Positions 37,701-52,370 of a stretch of 64,000 nucleotides of DNA are shown here, piece after piece; the first letter of the stretch is position 1; every line of letters starts with the position of its first letter. A program made the translations under genes and the position numbers. The stretch is taken from NCBI RefSeq assembly GCF_006345805.1, contig NW_021836297.1:1822-65821 (forward strand), read 5' to 3'. This DNA is from Octopus sinensis (Eukaryota). Below the pieces are notes generated by a model. The model had not been told where the DNA came from and ran no database searches. It saw only the letters and a list, made by a program, of their open reading frames with translations.

Positions 37701-39594
37701 TAATGTAATTTGTATTCAATAATATATATATTTATGTGTTATTAAATAAGAGAATTGAAAATATTTATACAGTCGAAATGTTGTGTAGATAACGCTAAAT
37801 ACCCAATTGGCAGCGAAGCGTAGATGTACTCGATTCACACTTTGCTTTGCTGCATTCAAACACTGGCTTATTACGTTATTGTTAACTTTACTGTTTCATT
37901 TCATATAATTAGCTTACGTAACTTAGATACATACGTCCTACATACTTACAACTAATGTTGTATATATATCATAAGATATATCTTTCTCAAATTAAAAACA
38001 AAATAATAATAATAATAACAATGGTACGCGCTGCTTGATTGCATTCGTAAAATATGTTGGTTTTGTTTGACTGTTTTCAATTTTATTTTTATTTAATCTT
38101 TTTTATTTTATTTTATTTTACTTTAATCTCCAAAGCTAAAGCAACCTATGTAATAATATAAATGGTTTAAACATCTTTTCTTTCATGTTTTGTGTCTAAT
38201 TTCGCTTGATGTTAGGTTATATTTTGAAGTCAGGTGACATGAAGAGGAGGGAGAAGAGGAAGGATGGATGGAGAATAAAGAAAGGCACTGGTGTAGCAAC
38301 ATTCATTTCGTTCTGATAGCTTTGTTTGGTTTGGTTTGGTTTGGTTTGGTTTTTAGAAGTGCGAAGCAAATCGTCGACGAAATATATGATGGATGAACGG
38401 TAATGGTGGTGACTTATCTAAAAATAACAATCATTGTTTTGGTTCCTTCAATACAAACTCTTTGATTGTCAAAACATGAACAAGTCTATAGTAATTACGT
38501 TAATGGGAAAGCGACAGAAAGATGAATGGCAGACGCTGAAGTGAAGGAAGAGATACGTTCGTGTGTAAAATTAAAAATGAAGTACAAGACGGAATCAGCG
38601 TTAACTTCCAAATAAACTATCAAACCAATCCAATTCTGTTTGTATTCTACAGAACTCCCCCTCTCTCTTTCTCTCTTCCAAAACCGACAACACATAGAAA
38701 AGCATTTCTATTTGACACCACTACCGTCACCGCCGATTTGCTATCCTTTTAAAACAATTTATTACGATTAAGCCTTCCTTTCACATTTTGGTATCATTTG
38801 TTATGTATTTCATTTGGTTGTCAAGTCTGTGCATCCGCTTGCGCAATAACCATGCAGTCTAAAGCTAAAATTACGATGTTTCTCTGATAAATAGTATATA
38901 CATTACTTTGATGTGGCTGCTAACGTGTTTTCTCAAGATCTGAAGTCATTTCTTTGGCATCATTCTAGACGCTTTTTCCAGTTGTATCGTAATACCAGGA
39001 TTAAAGTGTTTTGCGTATTTACTTTTACACATTCACTTGTGAAGTTGCAGACTCTTAACATTCCGAGTTCAAGTTTCGCTATCAACTTTGGTTTTCGTCC
39101 TTTTGAGGCAATAAAAACAATTATCAGTCAAATACTGGGACCGCTGTACTAGGATCGACCCACTCCTATTGCTGACGCTGTCCCAGCAATTTTCAGAGGA
39201 TGGGTTAGTAGAATTACAAGAGGGTGGGTCGGCAAATTGACAGAACCATGAGAGCATCGGATAGAATGCTTACTCGCAGTATTTTTTTCTGAATTTCTTT
39301 GTTCTGAGTTCAAACCCCGCCTATGTAAATTGTTGTGCTTCACTCTTCCGAGATTGATAAAAAAAGAAGCACCGTTCAAAGGCGGTGTTTTGACGGAACT
39401 GTTAGAGAATCTAACCTGATGTTTCACAGAATCTATACCGAGTATACACGTTCTGACAGCAAGGCCTGCTAAGGCACCCATGCCAAAGGAAAGACCCAAG
39501 TCGAAAGCCTTTCCACAGCCAGGTGGAAAACAGAGATTTGCATGTGTGCTTTCCACAAAAAATATCTTGCACAGCCCTGCACATATACGTGCGG

Positions 39595-39867
39595 TTTGTA
39601 GACGTCCGTGTGAACGTCGGGCTGCGTGTTCGAATCACGTCGGGTACGACCGCGTATCACGTCGGGGTCACCATTTGTAGACGTCCGTGTGAACGTCGGG
39701 CTGCGTGTTCGAATCACGTCGGGTACGACCGCGTATCACGTCGGGGTCACCATTTGTAGACGTCCGTGTGAACGTCGGGCTGCGTGTTCGAATCACGTCG
39801 GGTACGACCGCGTATCATGTCGGGGTCACCATTTGTAGACGTCTGTGTGAACGTCGGGCTGCGTGTT
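39595..39867. repeat. CpG-rich 79-bp tandem repeat, about 3.5 units
   Basis: GACGTCCGTG at 39601, 39680, 39759 and (variant) 39838. Confidence 0.95.
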
Positions 39868-40369
39868 AAGGTCTAGCCACTGACCACACAGGACACAGCC
39901 AGTGAAGTGTGCTCAGCAAGCGCTGCTGCGAAGAAGCGGAGAGAGAGAATAAATCTGTTTCTGTTTTGCCCTTATAAACAGTTTGCCATCGCGTGCCTCG
40001 TTGTGATCTCACGCATGCCAAATGGAATGCAGGTGAGGTTCCGCTCCAGTCTCGGAGGTGGCAATGGCTGCCGCGAGATCTCATCCAATATGGCACTGAC
40101 TGCTTGTGCCGCTACAGGTTACAAGGTCAATACTGAGCAATGGAGGCCCCTACGATGCTTCCGTCGGTCAATGTCATTTTCTTTCATCTACCGAATGTTT
40201 ACTTTGTGTAACTTCTGAGAGTTATGGTGAAATAAAATGATTACATTAAACAGAAAATCTTAAAATAATGGTCATCCTGTTGTGTTTGAGTCTGCTCAAG
40301 TTTTGTGGTGTATGTTGTTATGAAAAAACAGATTAAATACTTTATAAACCTTTGTATATTTGCAATATT

Positions 40370-40790
40370 ACTCTTTTACTCTCTTTTACTTGTTTCAGTC
40401 ATTTGACTGCGGCCATGCTGGAGCACCGCCTTTAATCGAGCAACTCGACCCCGGGACTTATTCTTTTGTAAGCCCAGTAATTATTCTATCGGTCTCTTTT
40501 GCCGAACCGCTAAGTAACGGGGACATAAACACACCAGCATCGGTTGTCAAGCAATGCTAGGGGGACAAACACAGACACACAAACACACACACATACACAA
40601 ATATATATATATACATATATACGACAGGCTTCTTTCAGTTTCCGTCTACCAAATCCACTCACAAGGCTATGGGCGGCCCGGGGCTATAGCAGAAGACACT
40701 TGCCCAAGATGCCACGCAGTGGGACTGAACCCGGAACCATGTGGTTGGTAAGCAAGCTACTTACCACACAGCCACTCCTGCGCCTATATG
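40370..40790 (-). mobile_element. Full-length SINE family B
   Basis: Head to (GTAAAAGA)n tail. A short extra head fragment follows at about 40791-40808. Confidence 0.9.
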
Positions 40791-41599
40791 GCCACTCCCG
40801 CGCCTATATTTGTATTTGGTTTAACTTTTTTCCACTGAACTTTCTCTTCAGTAATTCAATACTCGAAACATTTTTACTCTTTAAACAAACAAGAGCGGTG
40901 AGCTTACAGAACCTTTACCATGCCGAACAACATGCAATGCTTACCAGCATTTCTTCCGGCTTTACGTTCTGACTACAAATGCTGCCGAGGTCGACTTTGT
41001 CTTTCATTCTTTTTGTGGGGAGGCGATGAAATAAGTACCGATTGAGTACGGGGTTCGAAGTAATCGTCTTCCACCTCACCTCCACTCACCACACCACACC
41101 ACATCCCCGCCTCAAAATTGCTGGATTTGTACCAAACCTAGAGAGGATTCTATAAACGAACATTGGTTGGCAGATTAGCAGAGTCGTTCGAACATCAGAA
41201 AGAATGCTTCGCAGGTTTTGTTGCAACTCTCAACGCTCTGAGTTCAACCCCCACCCCCGAAGTCAACTTTGCCTTTTATCTTTCAAAGAGTACAAAAAAT
41301 GCCACCCACGCAGTGGATGGGCGAAACTGTCAGAACGTCAAACCAGACGCTGTGTGACATCTGTCCCGACCCTTTAGGTTTTGAGTTCAAATCCCACCGT
41401 GGCCTACCTGGGCGGTTAAACTAATCCACTTAAACTCCTTTAGTATCAGGACACTTCGCAAGATTATGAGCCACCACTGGTTCAAATTTCGTATGCAACC
41501 AGTGACTATACTCAGAAACTGGGGTGCGTTCTGTTATTTGTAGGGTTCGGGAGTGCCTACTTAGACTCTTTGATCATGTTGCTCGGTTTTCCGAGTTGT

Positions 41600-42075
41600 A
41601 TCTTGTGTATCATGTTTCTTCTCTGAAGATCCGGCTGGGGTGGCAGCTCATGTTGGTCAGCCACATGCCACGTGGTTACGGCGGATGAGGAAGTTTCTTA
41701 CGGAGATGAGAACAGCCTAAGATACCTATTTCTTTACTACCCACAAGGGGCTGAACATAGAGGGGACAAACAAGGACAAACGGATTAAGTCAATTATATC
41801 GACTCCAGTGCTTAACTGGTACTTAATTTATCGACCCCGAAAAGGTGAATGACAAAGTCGACCTCGGCGGAATTTGAACTCAGAACGTAACGGCAGACGA
41901 AATACGGCTACTCATTTCGCCCGGCGTGCTAACGTTTCTGCCAGCTCACTGCCTTCAAGACTAAGATACCGCTTGGATGGTTACCCAGGATTACCCGAGC
42001 AAATGCGACCAAATGGTGGATGCAGCGACGATCTGCAATGGCAAACACCCCCGACATAATGCAACCTGACATAAC
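41600..42075 (+). mobile_element. RTE-clade LINE 3' end interrupted by SINE A
   Basis: HATWLRRMRKFLTEM...AWMVTQD...VDAATIC then an ACCTGAC-type tail, which resembles RTE 3' ends. Confidence 0.55.
41727..41960 (-). mobile_element. SINE family A with TSD
   Basis: 10-bp TSD CTAAGATACC at 41717-41726 and 41961-41970. Confidence 0.9.
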
Positions 42076-43058
42076 CTCACCACTTAACACCACCAACTGG
42101 TACCTAGAGTACCTTTAGTGAAGGGTACGGTTCTGAAGGGTACAGTCCTGGGGCCAACTTCCTCCCTCTCTTCCTATCTTCCTCTGCAAAACGATATGTT
42201 CCATGTCTTCTTTCCTGCCTAAAAAAAAATTGTTTTAATAATACCAATTCAACTTTTTGTGCCGCCAGTCAATCAAAATAGAATTTAGTAGATTTACAAC
42301 CTCCCCCCTACATAATGCAACCTGACATAACCTCACCATCTAACACCACCAACTGGTACCCAGGGTACCTTTAGTGAAGGGTACGGTTCTGAAGGGTACA
42401 GTCCTGGGGCCAACTTCTTCCCTCTCTTCCTATCTTCCTCTGCAAAACGATTTGTTCCATGTCTTTTTTCCTAGCTAAAAAAACATTGTTTTAATAATAC
42501 CAATTCAACTTCTTGTGCCATCAGTCAATTAAAATAGAATTTAGTAGATTTACAACCTCCCCCCTACATAATGCAACCTGACATAACCTCACCATTTAAC
42601 ACCACCAACTGGTACCCAGGGTACCTTTAGTGAAGGGTACGGTTCCGAAGGGTACAGTCCTGGGGTTAACTTCTTCCCTCTCTTCCTATCTTCCTCTGCA
42701 AAACGATATGTTCCATGTCTTCCTTCCTGGCTAAAAAAAAAATTGTTTTAATAATACCAATTCAACTTCTTGTGCCGCCAGTCAATCAAAATAGAATTTA
42801 GTAGATTTACAACATTCCCCCTACATAATGCAACCTGACATAACCTCACCATTTAACACCACCAACTGGTACCTAAAGTACCTTTAGTGAAGGGTACAGT
42901 CCTGGGGCCAACTTCCTCCCTCTCTTCCTATCTTCCTCTGCAAAACGATATGTTCCATGTCTTCCTTCCTGGCTAAAAAAAAATTGTTTTAATAATACCA
43001 ATTCAACTTTTTGTGCCGCCAGTCAATCAAAATAGAATTTAGTAGATTTACAGCCTCC
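42048..43058. repeat. About 256-bp tandem repeat, 4 units
   Basis: ACATAATGCAACCTGAC at 42054, 42310, 42566 and 42823. Unit 4 lacks one GAAGGGTAC-containing block. Confidence 0.95.
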
Positions 43059-43397
43059 TTAAAACACCACAAATTTAAAAAGGCTTTAAACTTTATCAGC
43101 TGAAAAATGATGCACCACAATCCGACCAATCAAAACTCAATTTCAAAGTCGTTGCTGTTCTCATTTCATATTCATTCCATGTGTTACATTGAATAATGAA
43201 CATCATCAGAGCCATTTAAAATTTTTATTCACGAATTGGAAAAAGCAAAAAAAAAAAAAATAATAAATAAATAAATAAAAAACCAGAAAAGTTGTCAACA
43301 GATATTTTATTTATTCATTTATTTATTTATTTATGTATTTATTTATATATTTTATCATTTGAGTGTGATTTGTTTTCAGAAAATAATCAACGCTCAC

Positions 43398-43443
43398 CTT
43401 CGAAATTATTCCGTTAACAGGCTGACTGGAATGCGATGTACAC
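43398..43443 (-). other. Candidate 46-nt internal exon
   Basis: Acceptor GCATGTCTTTATAG and donor GAAG|GTGAGC. Confidence 0.2.
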
Positions 43444-43479
43444 CTATAAAGACATGCACCACTTATACGGGCATTCGTA

Positions 43480-43609
43480 CATGCATGCATGCATACATGC
43501 ATACACTCATACATACATGCATACAGACATACATATATACACATACATGCATATACATGCACACACATACATACATTCAATCATACATACACACATACAA
43601 ACATACATG

Positions 43610-43643
<34 letters not shown>

Positions 43644-43761
43644 TACATACATACACATACATGCATATACTCACAAACACATACATACATTCAATCATAC
43701 AGACACACATACAAACATACATACATACATACATACATAAATACATACGTACATACATACG

Positions 43762-43801
<40 letters not shown>

Positions 43802-45330
43802 CATACATACATACATATATACAAACATACATGTATACACACATACACACATACATACATACATACATACATACATACATACATACACACACATACGTAC
43901 AAACATATATACATAGGTACATACAGAGACAAACAAATACACACACACACATACATAGACACAAACATGCATACATACATAGACAATAATATATACACAT
44001 ACGTACATATATATATACACACATATATACATACATAAATACAACATACATACATTTATACACACAGACACATATATACAATCATTCATACATACATATA
44101 TAAATACATACATCACATACGGACTTACATAGATACGTATTACATAATTCCAATAATCAAAAATGTAACATTCATATGTAAATACATTAGATGCAATAAT
44201 ACATATAGACATACATATTGACATACATACATACATACATGGATACATACATACCTACATGCATGCATACATATAGACATACATACACACATACATGTAT
44301 ACATACACACATACCTACATACATGCATGCATACTTACATACATGCATACATGCATATTGACATACTTACATATATGCATGCATCCATCCATCCATACAT
44401 ACATACATGCATGCATGCATACATATAGACATACATACACACATACATACATACACACATACATGCATGCATACTTACATGCATACATATATACATACAT
44501 GCATACATACATGCATACATACATGCATACATACATGCATACTACATACATACATGCATACATACATGCATGCTTACATACATGCATATTTACATACATG
44601 CATACATACATACATGCATACATACATGCATACATACATGCATACATACATGCATACATACATACATGCATACATACATACATACATACATACATGCATA
44701 CATACATACATACATACATACATACATGCATACATACATGCATACATACATGCATACTACATACATACATGCATACATACATGCATGCTTACATACATGC
44801 ATATTTACATACATACATACATACATACATGCATACATACATGCATACATACATGCATACATACATGCATACTACATACATACATGCATACATACATGCA
44901 TGCATACATACATGCATACATACATACATACATACATACATACATGCAGTCATACATACATACATACATACATACATTCATACATACATACATGCATACA
45001 TACATACATGCTTACATACATACATACATGCATACATACATGCATATTTAAATGAATGCATACATGCATGCATACATAATTCATATGTGCAACAACATGG
45101 TAATAAAACATTGATACGTACATATATTAAAACACAAAAATATTTATATATACATACACACATAGTTATGTGCATACTCCTTTATGCATATTTGAATGCA
45201 TGTATGTATGTATGTATGTATGTATGTATTGATATGTGTATTTATGTGTGAATTTATTAATGTATGTATGTGTGTATTAATATGTGTATATATGTATGAT
45301 AGACAGACAAATAGACAGGTAGGTAGACAG

Positions 45331-45374
<44 letters not shown>

Positions 45375-45418
45375 GGATGGATGGATGGATGAATAAACAG
45401 AGACAGACAAAAACAGAC

Positions 45419-45450
<32 letters not shown>

Positions 45451-45476
45451 TGAAAGACAGACTGAAAGACAGACAT

Positions 45477-45530
<54 letters not shown>

Positions 45531-45552
45531 TGAAAGACAGACAGACAGATAG

Positions 45553-45595
<43 letters not shown>

Positions 45596-45644
45596 CAGAC
45601 ATACAGACAGACAGACAGACAGACAGATAGACAGACTGAAAGAC

Positions 45645-45724
<80 letters not shown>

Positions 45725-45732
45725 TGAAAGAC

Positions 45733-45808
<76 letters not shown>

Positions 45809-45848
45809 TGAAAGACAGACAGATAGATAAATAGATAGATAGATAGAC

Positions 45849-45927
<79 letters not shown>

Positions 45928-45950
45928 CTGAAAGACAGACAGATAGATAA

Positions 45951-45983
<33 letters not shown>

Positions 45984-46110
45984 AAGACAGACAGACTGAA
46001 AGACAGATAGACAGACAGACAGATAGATAAATATATAGATAGACAGACAGACAGACAAACAGACAAACAGACAAACAGGCAGACAGTCAGATAGAATGAG
46101 TGAGTGAGTG
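43480..46110. repeat. Large compound (TACA)n/(TGCA) and (GATA/GACA)n tract
   Basis: Directly visible. It is the source of the 200-366 aa low-complexity ORFs. Confidence 0.95.
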
Positions 46111-46531
46111 AGTGAAAGAGAGAGAGAGAGAGAAAGGGGGAGTGGGAGAGAGATAACAAAGATTTGTAATAGCAATTTCTCTTCTTGATGCGATATATAA
46201 GTGCTAAGCGTAATAATATTGGAAATTTCTTTGTCAATCAACATTGAAAATGACTGACGGTTGCTGGCAGCAGATTTATGATATTAATAATGGAATCTTG
46301 GCTGATGCAATTAAACGACATTGTTATAAATACACTTATTTAAAGATTTATTTAGTATATTAGGTTAAAGAATCCTCTAATGTAGTTTCTATTGACGCTG
46401 CACATTATGAATAAATTCTATTTAAAATTTGAATATTAAGGTTTTTACTTATAAAGCGAAAATTCTCTAATTCTAAAAAGAATGTATGTAGATATTATGG
46501 CTTCGTCATACACACACACACACACATATAG

Positions 46532-46630
<99 letters not shown>

Positions 46631-46706
46631 GATATATACATACATATATATTATATATACACACTCACACATATATATATATATATATACATATATATAT
46701 ACATAT

Positions 46707-46772
<66 letters not shown>

Positions 46773-46914
46773 AATATATTCAACAAATAATTAAGGAATG
46801 ACCCTGAGAAGGTCGTTCGACTCACTTGAAAAGAGCAGCTAAACTCAAAACCCCAAAAATAGTAGTAATTCTGAAACTAGAGGAGAAATAAAAACATTTA
46901 TCCCCCTCAACATA

Positions 46915-46950
<36 letters not shown>

Positions 46951-46957
46951 ATATATA

Positions 46958-47012
<55 letters not shown>

Positions 47013-47153
47013 AAGAAGTAAATATATGGCACAACGAAGTACCGATATTTACTGGAAATAGCGAACGTAATAATACGACGCTAATGTATATCTTCACCGT
47101 GTATGTACTAGCAAAAATACGTGAGTGCAAGAAACTAGAAAAAATTGTCTTAC

Positions 47154-47184
47154 CTCCAGGGAGAACATCTGAAAGATGAAATAC
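47154..47184 (-). other. Candidate 31-nt micro-exon
   Basis: Acceptor CATTATCCTTTTCTAG (alternative CAG gives 15 nt) and donor GGAG|GTAAGA. Confidence 0.2.
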
Positions 47185-47529
47185 CTAGAAAAGGATAATG
47201 TGGGACCGGAGCCGGTTTCAGATTTTTCAAGATATGTCTGCACCCATAAACTTGATCTATCTTCATCAGCCAAACATATACCACGACAACATTTCAGATG
47301 TTACCACATTAATGCCAATACACTCGACTGAAACGTCGAAACGCTAACAGCACGGGAACGGTGAAAAAGTTTCAATAAATTAGTAATGCAATACGAGAGT
47401 ATTGCCTTTCCAGTAAAGAATAGTCCGTGAGGGAAAAATATATATATATAATGCTTTTAAAGAAATACAGTTTCTGAAATGAAAATGTTCTGGTAATTGT
47501 TAAAGAATTGCGATGGAATTAATGTAGCT

Positions 47530-47690
47530 AGTCTTTCTGAAATCTAACTGGGCTCCTGGGAAGAAAATATGGAGGAGGCTCAAGAGAGAAAAAGAACCCC
47601 CGTACCAGAGGTTGGCAGAAGACTGTTGCCAGAATGGGTGGGGACGAGGATTTTTCCCTGCAGTGTTTGGCATTCGAAGAACCCTTAATG
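47530..47690 (+). mobile_element. RLE-type (HERO/NeSL-like) LINE endonuclease relic
   Basis: WEENMEEAQERK...YQRLAEDCCQNGW...FP with a frameshift. Confidence 0.65.
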
Positions 47691-47874
47691 CAGTTCCCAG
47701 GAAGAGTCAGTGTGATACGGAATGTAACAGGGGTTGGCCCTTTGAAATACAGCTGGGTGGACCGGAGCAAAGTGGAATAAAGTGTCTTGCTCAATGACAC
47801 AACGCGGCGCCGGGAATTGAACTCACGACTTTACAATCGAGATCCACATACTCTAACCAATGAGCAACGTAACT

Positions 47875-47933
<59 letters not shown>

Positions 47934-48214
47934 ACCGACCAGGCTATCAGATGTTGTTACACATCGCTGATCATAAGGCGCTTTTGCATTGTCTTAGACT
48001 TCTTATGACGCTACCCCACTGGCTAGGCGAAAGGGAGACTGGAGCAACATGAAGTAAAGTCAGAGACTCGAACCCACGATCTAGTGATCGTAAGTGTAAC
48101 ACCCTAACCACTAGCTTCAAATGTACTATATATATATATTATATATATATATATATATAAGTATGTATGTATGTATGTATGTATGTATGTATGTATGTAG
48201 TGGTAGCGATTTTC

Positions 48215-48622
48215 TTCACTACTTCAGGGAATGACGGCCCTGCCTGACACGAGTCCCCGGCTCAGCTAGCTTCGCCTGACAGTACCCGGTATGGGTCCCT
48301 ATCCAGGGTTACGGAAAGAAGACAACCTTCAAAGAAATCCGGAGTGGAGCCCCGTAGGCGGTTTAGTGTTCGACTCGACACTCTTCCGGCAGCTCCTGCA
48401 ACCAAGCTGGTGCCAAACGTAATGCTCTGCACTCCTTTGGACTGCGTCAGCAAGGTCGAGGGTGGAATCCTGACGATTGGGCTACCCAGGATTTTCTTAT
48501 ATCTAGCTCAGGCCTGCGCAAAACTGGGGAGGAAACTGGAGAGGACATGAAATGTAAAAACCAGACTGGATGAGTTTATGCGCAACTCCATTGTCTCCCG
48601 AGACAAAAGGATGCCAACAACA

Positions 48623-48625
<3 letters not shown>
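48215..48625 (+). mobile_element. Probable LINE (RTE-like) 5' region relic
   Basis: GC-richer segment with AAATCCGGAGTGGAGCCCC, reminiscent of RTE 5' UTRs. Recollection only. Confidence 0.3.
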
Positions 48626-48653
<28 letters not shown>

Positions 48654-49326
48654 TGTATGTATGTATGTATGTATCTATGTATCTATGTATGTATGTATGT
48701 ATATATGTATGTGCGTGTATGTATGTATGTATGTATGTATGTATGTATGTATGTATGTATGTATGAATGTATGTATGAATGTATGTATGTATGTATGTAT
48801 GTATGTATGTATGTATGTATGTATGTGCGTGTATGTATGTATGTATGTATGTATGTACGTACGTATGTATGGCGAGTGTTTTTGTCATAGAATATGTCTT
48901 TTAGGAATACAAAAACAGCAGAGTCTAAGAGAAGATCTTCCTCCATACAATCAGTAAAAGAATAAAAGAGTTTAAATTACCTATATATTGAATTGTCGTC
49001 TGGTTAATTCTAAAACGGATGTTTGGACTAAGAAATTTGCTAAATTCTGACGAAAATAAACACTTCTTTAACAGCTTACATTAAAAGTTTGTTCTATAGT
49101 TATTATGTAAAGGAAAATATCTTATATATTTTAGCAAGACTTCGATAATACTTAGTGAGGAGGAAGGAGGACGGCGAGCTGGTGGAATGGTTTACGTGCC
49201 GGACAATATGCTTAGCGGCGTTTCGTCCTTCCTTACGTTCTGAGTTCAAATGCCGCTGAGATCGACTTTGCCTTTCATCCTTTTGTAGTCGATAAATTTA
49301 ATACCCCTTGTGCACTGCGGTCGACG

Positions 49327-49868
49327 TTAGTTAGTTAGTTAGTTAATTTTTTGGCTCAAAAAGTAAAAAGTAAGGCCATGTAGGGGGGCATGTACTTATG
49401 TACAGGGTGGTATTCATGCAAAGAGTTCAGGCCATTTGTGGTCAAGGGAGACTTTGAACCGAGCGGTCGTCGGCATCTTCACTATCTCGTCCGGCAGCTT
49501 ATTCCACGGATCCGCAACCCGGACGGAGAAAGCCCCTCTCATTCGATTGAGATGAAATCGTCGCAGATAGAGCTTTTCAGAGTGACCCCGCAGCCGACGC
49601 TCAGGAGCAGGAGTGAAGAACAGCTCTTTCGAGAGGTTACACTTTCCGCTTATGATGTTGTGAGCGAGAATGAGATCACCACGGCGTCGTCGTTTTTCTA
49701 GAGAATAAAGGTCGAGCGTCCTCAGCCTTTCTTCGTAGGACAAATGCTTGAGACCAAGAACCATGCGGGTAGCCAGCTTCTGGACTCTTTCGAGATGCTG
49801 TATGTCTTTGAGGAGATGAGGAGATAAGGAGAAGAGGCTTGAATCCCGTACTCCAATATGGGTCTCAC
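49327..49868 (-). mobile_element. CR1-clade LINE 3' fragment (copy 1) inserted in SINE A
   Basis: LSYEERLRTLDLYSLEKRRRRGDLI...RVADPWNKLP, (TAAC)n tail. SINE A halves at about 49168-49326 and 49869-49935. Confidence 0.9.
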
Positions 49869-50242
49869 CGATGTAATCGACCTCTTCCTCCTCCTCTTCA
49901 CCAAATTTTCAGGCCTTGTGCTAATTGTAGAAAGGATATTCGGAGGTGAAATCAGAGTGTTTTTTAGCGTTGTTAGAGCATAGGACAAAATTATTGACGG
50001 AATTACTTCCGGTTACTTTATGTTCTGAGTTCAGATCTCATCAAGGGCAGCTTTGCCTTTCATCTTCCTGGGGTCGATTATTAAAGTACCAGTGATGCAC
50101 TGGGGCTGATGATATTCACTAACCTCTCTTACCTTCAAAATTCTTGGCACTGTGCCTAAATTAGGTACAATAATTACTTAGGGGTGACATTTGTTAATCT
50201 AACAGAGATGTACACGAGTGTGTGTGTGTGTGTGTATGTGTT

Positions 50243-50321
<79 letters not shown>

Positions 50322-50599
50322 TGTGTGTGTGTCTGTGTGTCTGTGTTTGCGCGCATGCGCTCTTTTAAGCCAGGTACTTTAAAACTCTGGGTTTTAAAGG
50401 TCAGCTACATTAAGCCCAAATAGTTTTAGATTTAGCTGCATTCCAGAAATACGTAGTCACATGTGCGTGTGTGTATGTGTGTATGTATGTGTGTGTATGT
50501 GTGTGTATGTATGTGTGTCTTTGTCTCTGTGTGTGTGTGTGTACGTGTGTTTGTCATCACATATGTATATGAATGTGTTTGTAGATAGGTAATCACGTG

Positions 50600-51560
50600 T
50601 ATGTGTATGTGTATGTGTATGCGCATGTCTATGCAATCACGTGTGTGTGTGTGTGGTGTGAAGTTAATCGCATGTGTGTTGGTAATCACGTATGTATATG
50701 TATGTATGTGTGTATACAGGTGTGCGTATGCGTGTGTAGGTAGGTAATCACGTGTGAGTGTGCGCATATGTGGGCCTGTGTGTATGTGTAGTTAATCACA
50801 GGTGTGTGTGTGTGCATGTGTGTATGTATGTGTGTGAAGTTAATCGCATATGTGTTGGTAATCATGTATGTATATGTGTGTATGTGTGTATACAGGTGTG
50901 CATATGCGTGTGTAGGTAGGTAAACACGTGTGAGTGTGTGCATATGTGGGTGTGTGTGTGTGTGTAGTTAATCACAGGTGTGTGTGTGTGCATGTGTGTA
51001 TGTATGTGTGTGAAGTTAATCACATGTGTGTTGGTAATCACGTATGTATATGTGTGTATGTGTGTATACAGGTGTGCATATGCGTGTGTAGGTAGGTAAA
51101 CACGTGTGAGTGTGTGCATATGTGGGCCTGTGTGTGTGTGTGTAGTTAATCACAGGTGTGTGTGTGTGCATGTGTGTATGTATGTGTGTGAAGTTAATCA
51201 CATGTGTGTTGGTAATCACGTATGTATATGTGTGTATGTGTGTATACAGGTGTGCATATGCGTGTGTAGGTAGGTAATCATGTGTGAGTGTGTGCATATG
51301 TGTCTGTGTCTGTGTGTGTGTGTGTGTGTAGTTAATCACAGACGTGTCTGTATGTGTGCATGTGTGTCTGTATGTGCGTGAAGTTAATCGCATGTGTGTT
51401 GGTAATCACGTATGTATATGTGTGTATGTATGTATACAAGTGTGCGTATGCATGTGTAGGTAGGTAATCATGTGTGAGTGTGTGCATATGTGTCTGTGTC
51501 TGTGTGTGTGTGTGTGTAGTTAATCACAAGTGTGTGTATGTGTGTGCATGTGTGTATGTA
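50600..51560. repeat. About 176-bp minisatellite built from TG repeats
   Basis: GAAGTTAATC...GTTGGTAATCAC...GTAGGTAGGTAA...GTAGTTAATCAC recurs about five times. Confidence 0.9.
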
Positions 51561-51769
51561 TGCGTGTCTGTGTGTCTATGTTCTTTATTTTAGTAAACTT
51601 GGTAAACACATGGGAGTGCTTCGCGTGTCACACATCATGTGGCTAATGCCACATTCACACATGTAGTTAACCACACGAAATACACTCCAAGATGTGAACT
51701 GCGACACGCAGAACAGCGACTACACACGTTCGCACGCGCATACAGGCACACACATTCCATACAAAGACA

Positions 51770-51964
51770 GCAGCAATAACAAATACTACCACTACCACTA
51801 CCACTACTTCTACAACTACCACCACTACTGCTGCTGCTGCTACTACTACTACAACATCAACAAATAGAGCAACAACAACGACCACAACTACTACGACTAC
51901 GACTACTACTACAACTACTACTACTATTACTACCACTACTACCACTACTACTACTACTACTACC

Positions 51965-51999
<35 letters not shown>

Positions 52000-52370
52000 C
52001 ACTACTACTACTACTACCACTACTACTACTACTAACCACTACTACTACTACTAATACAACTACTACCACTACTACCACTACTACTACTAATACTACCACT
52101 ACTACTACTACTACTACTATTACAACTACTACTACTACTACTAATACTACTAATACTAATACTACTACTACAGTTACAACAACACCATCACCAACAGCAG
52201 TACTGCTACTGCTACTACAACTACTACAACTACTACTGCTGCTACTACACAACTACCATGACAACAGCAACAGACAATGACCACAAATAAAACAACAACC
52301 ACCTCAACAACAACTACAACTACTTCTACCACTACTACCAACACCACCACCATCAGCAGCTACTACTACT
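51770..52370. repeat. (ACT/ACC/AAC)n tract
   Basis: Directly visible. Confidence 0.95.

Noticed and set aside
39870-40220. GC-richer segment with RTE-like hints
   Set aside because: Strand and family could not be assigned from the translation.
42048-43058. CRISPR-like interpretation of the tandem arrays (also 39595-39867)
   Set aside because: There are no unique spacers and no cas genes, and the context is eukaryotic.
43359-46244. Long HTYI/MYVC/LSIY ORFs up to 366 aa
   Set aside because: Stop-free tetranucleotide repeats. The same applies to most ORFs in the track.
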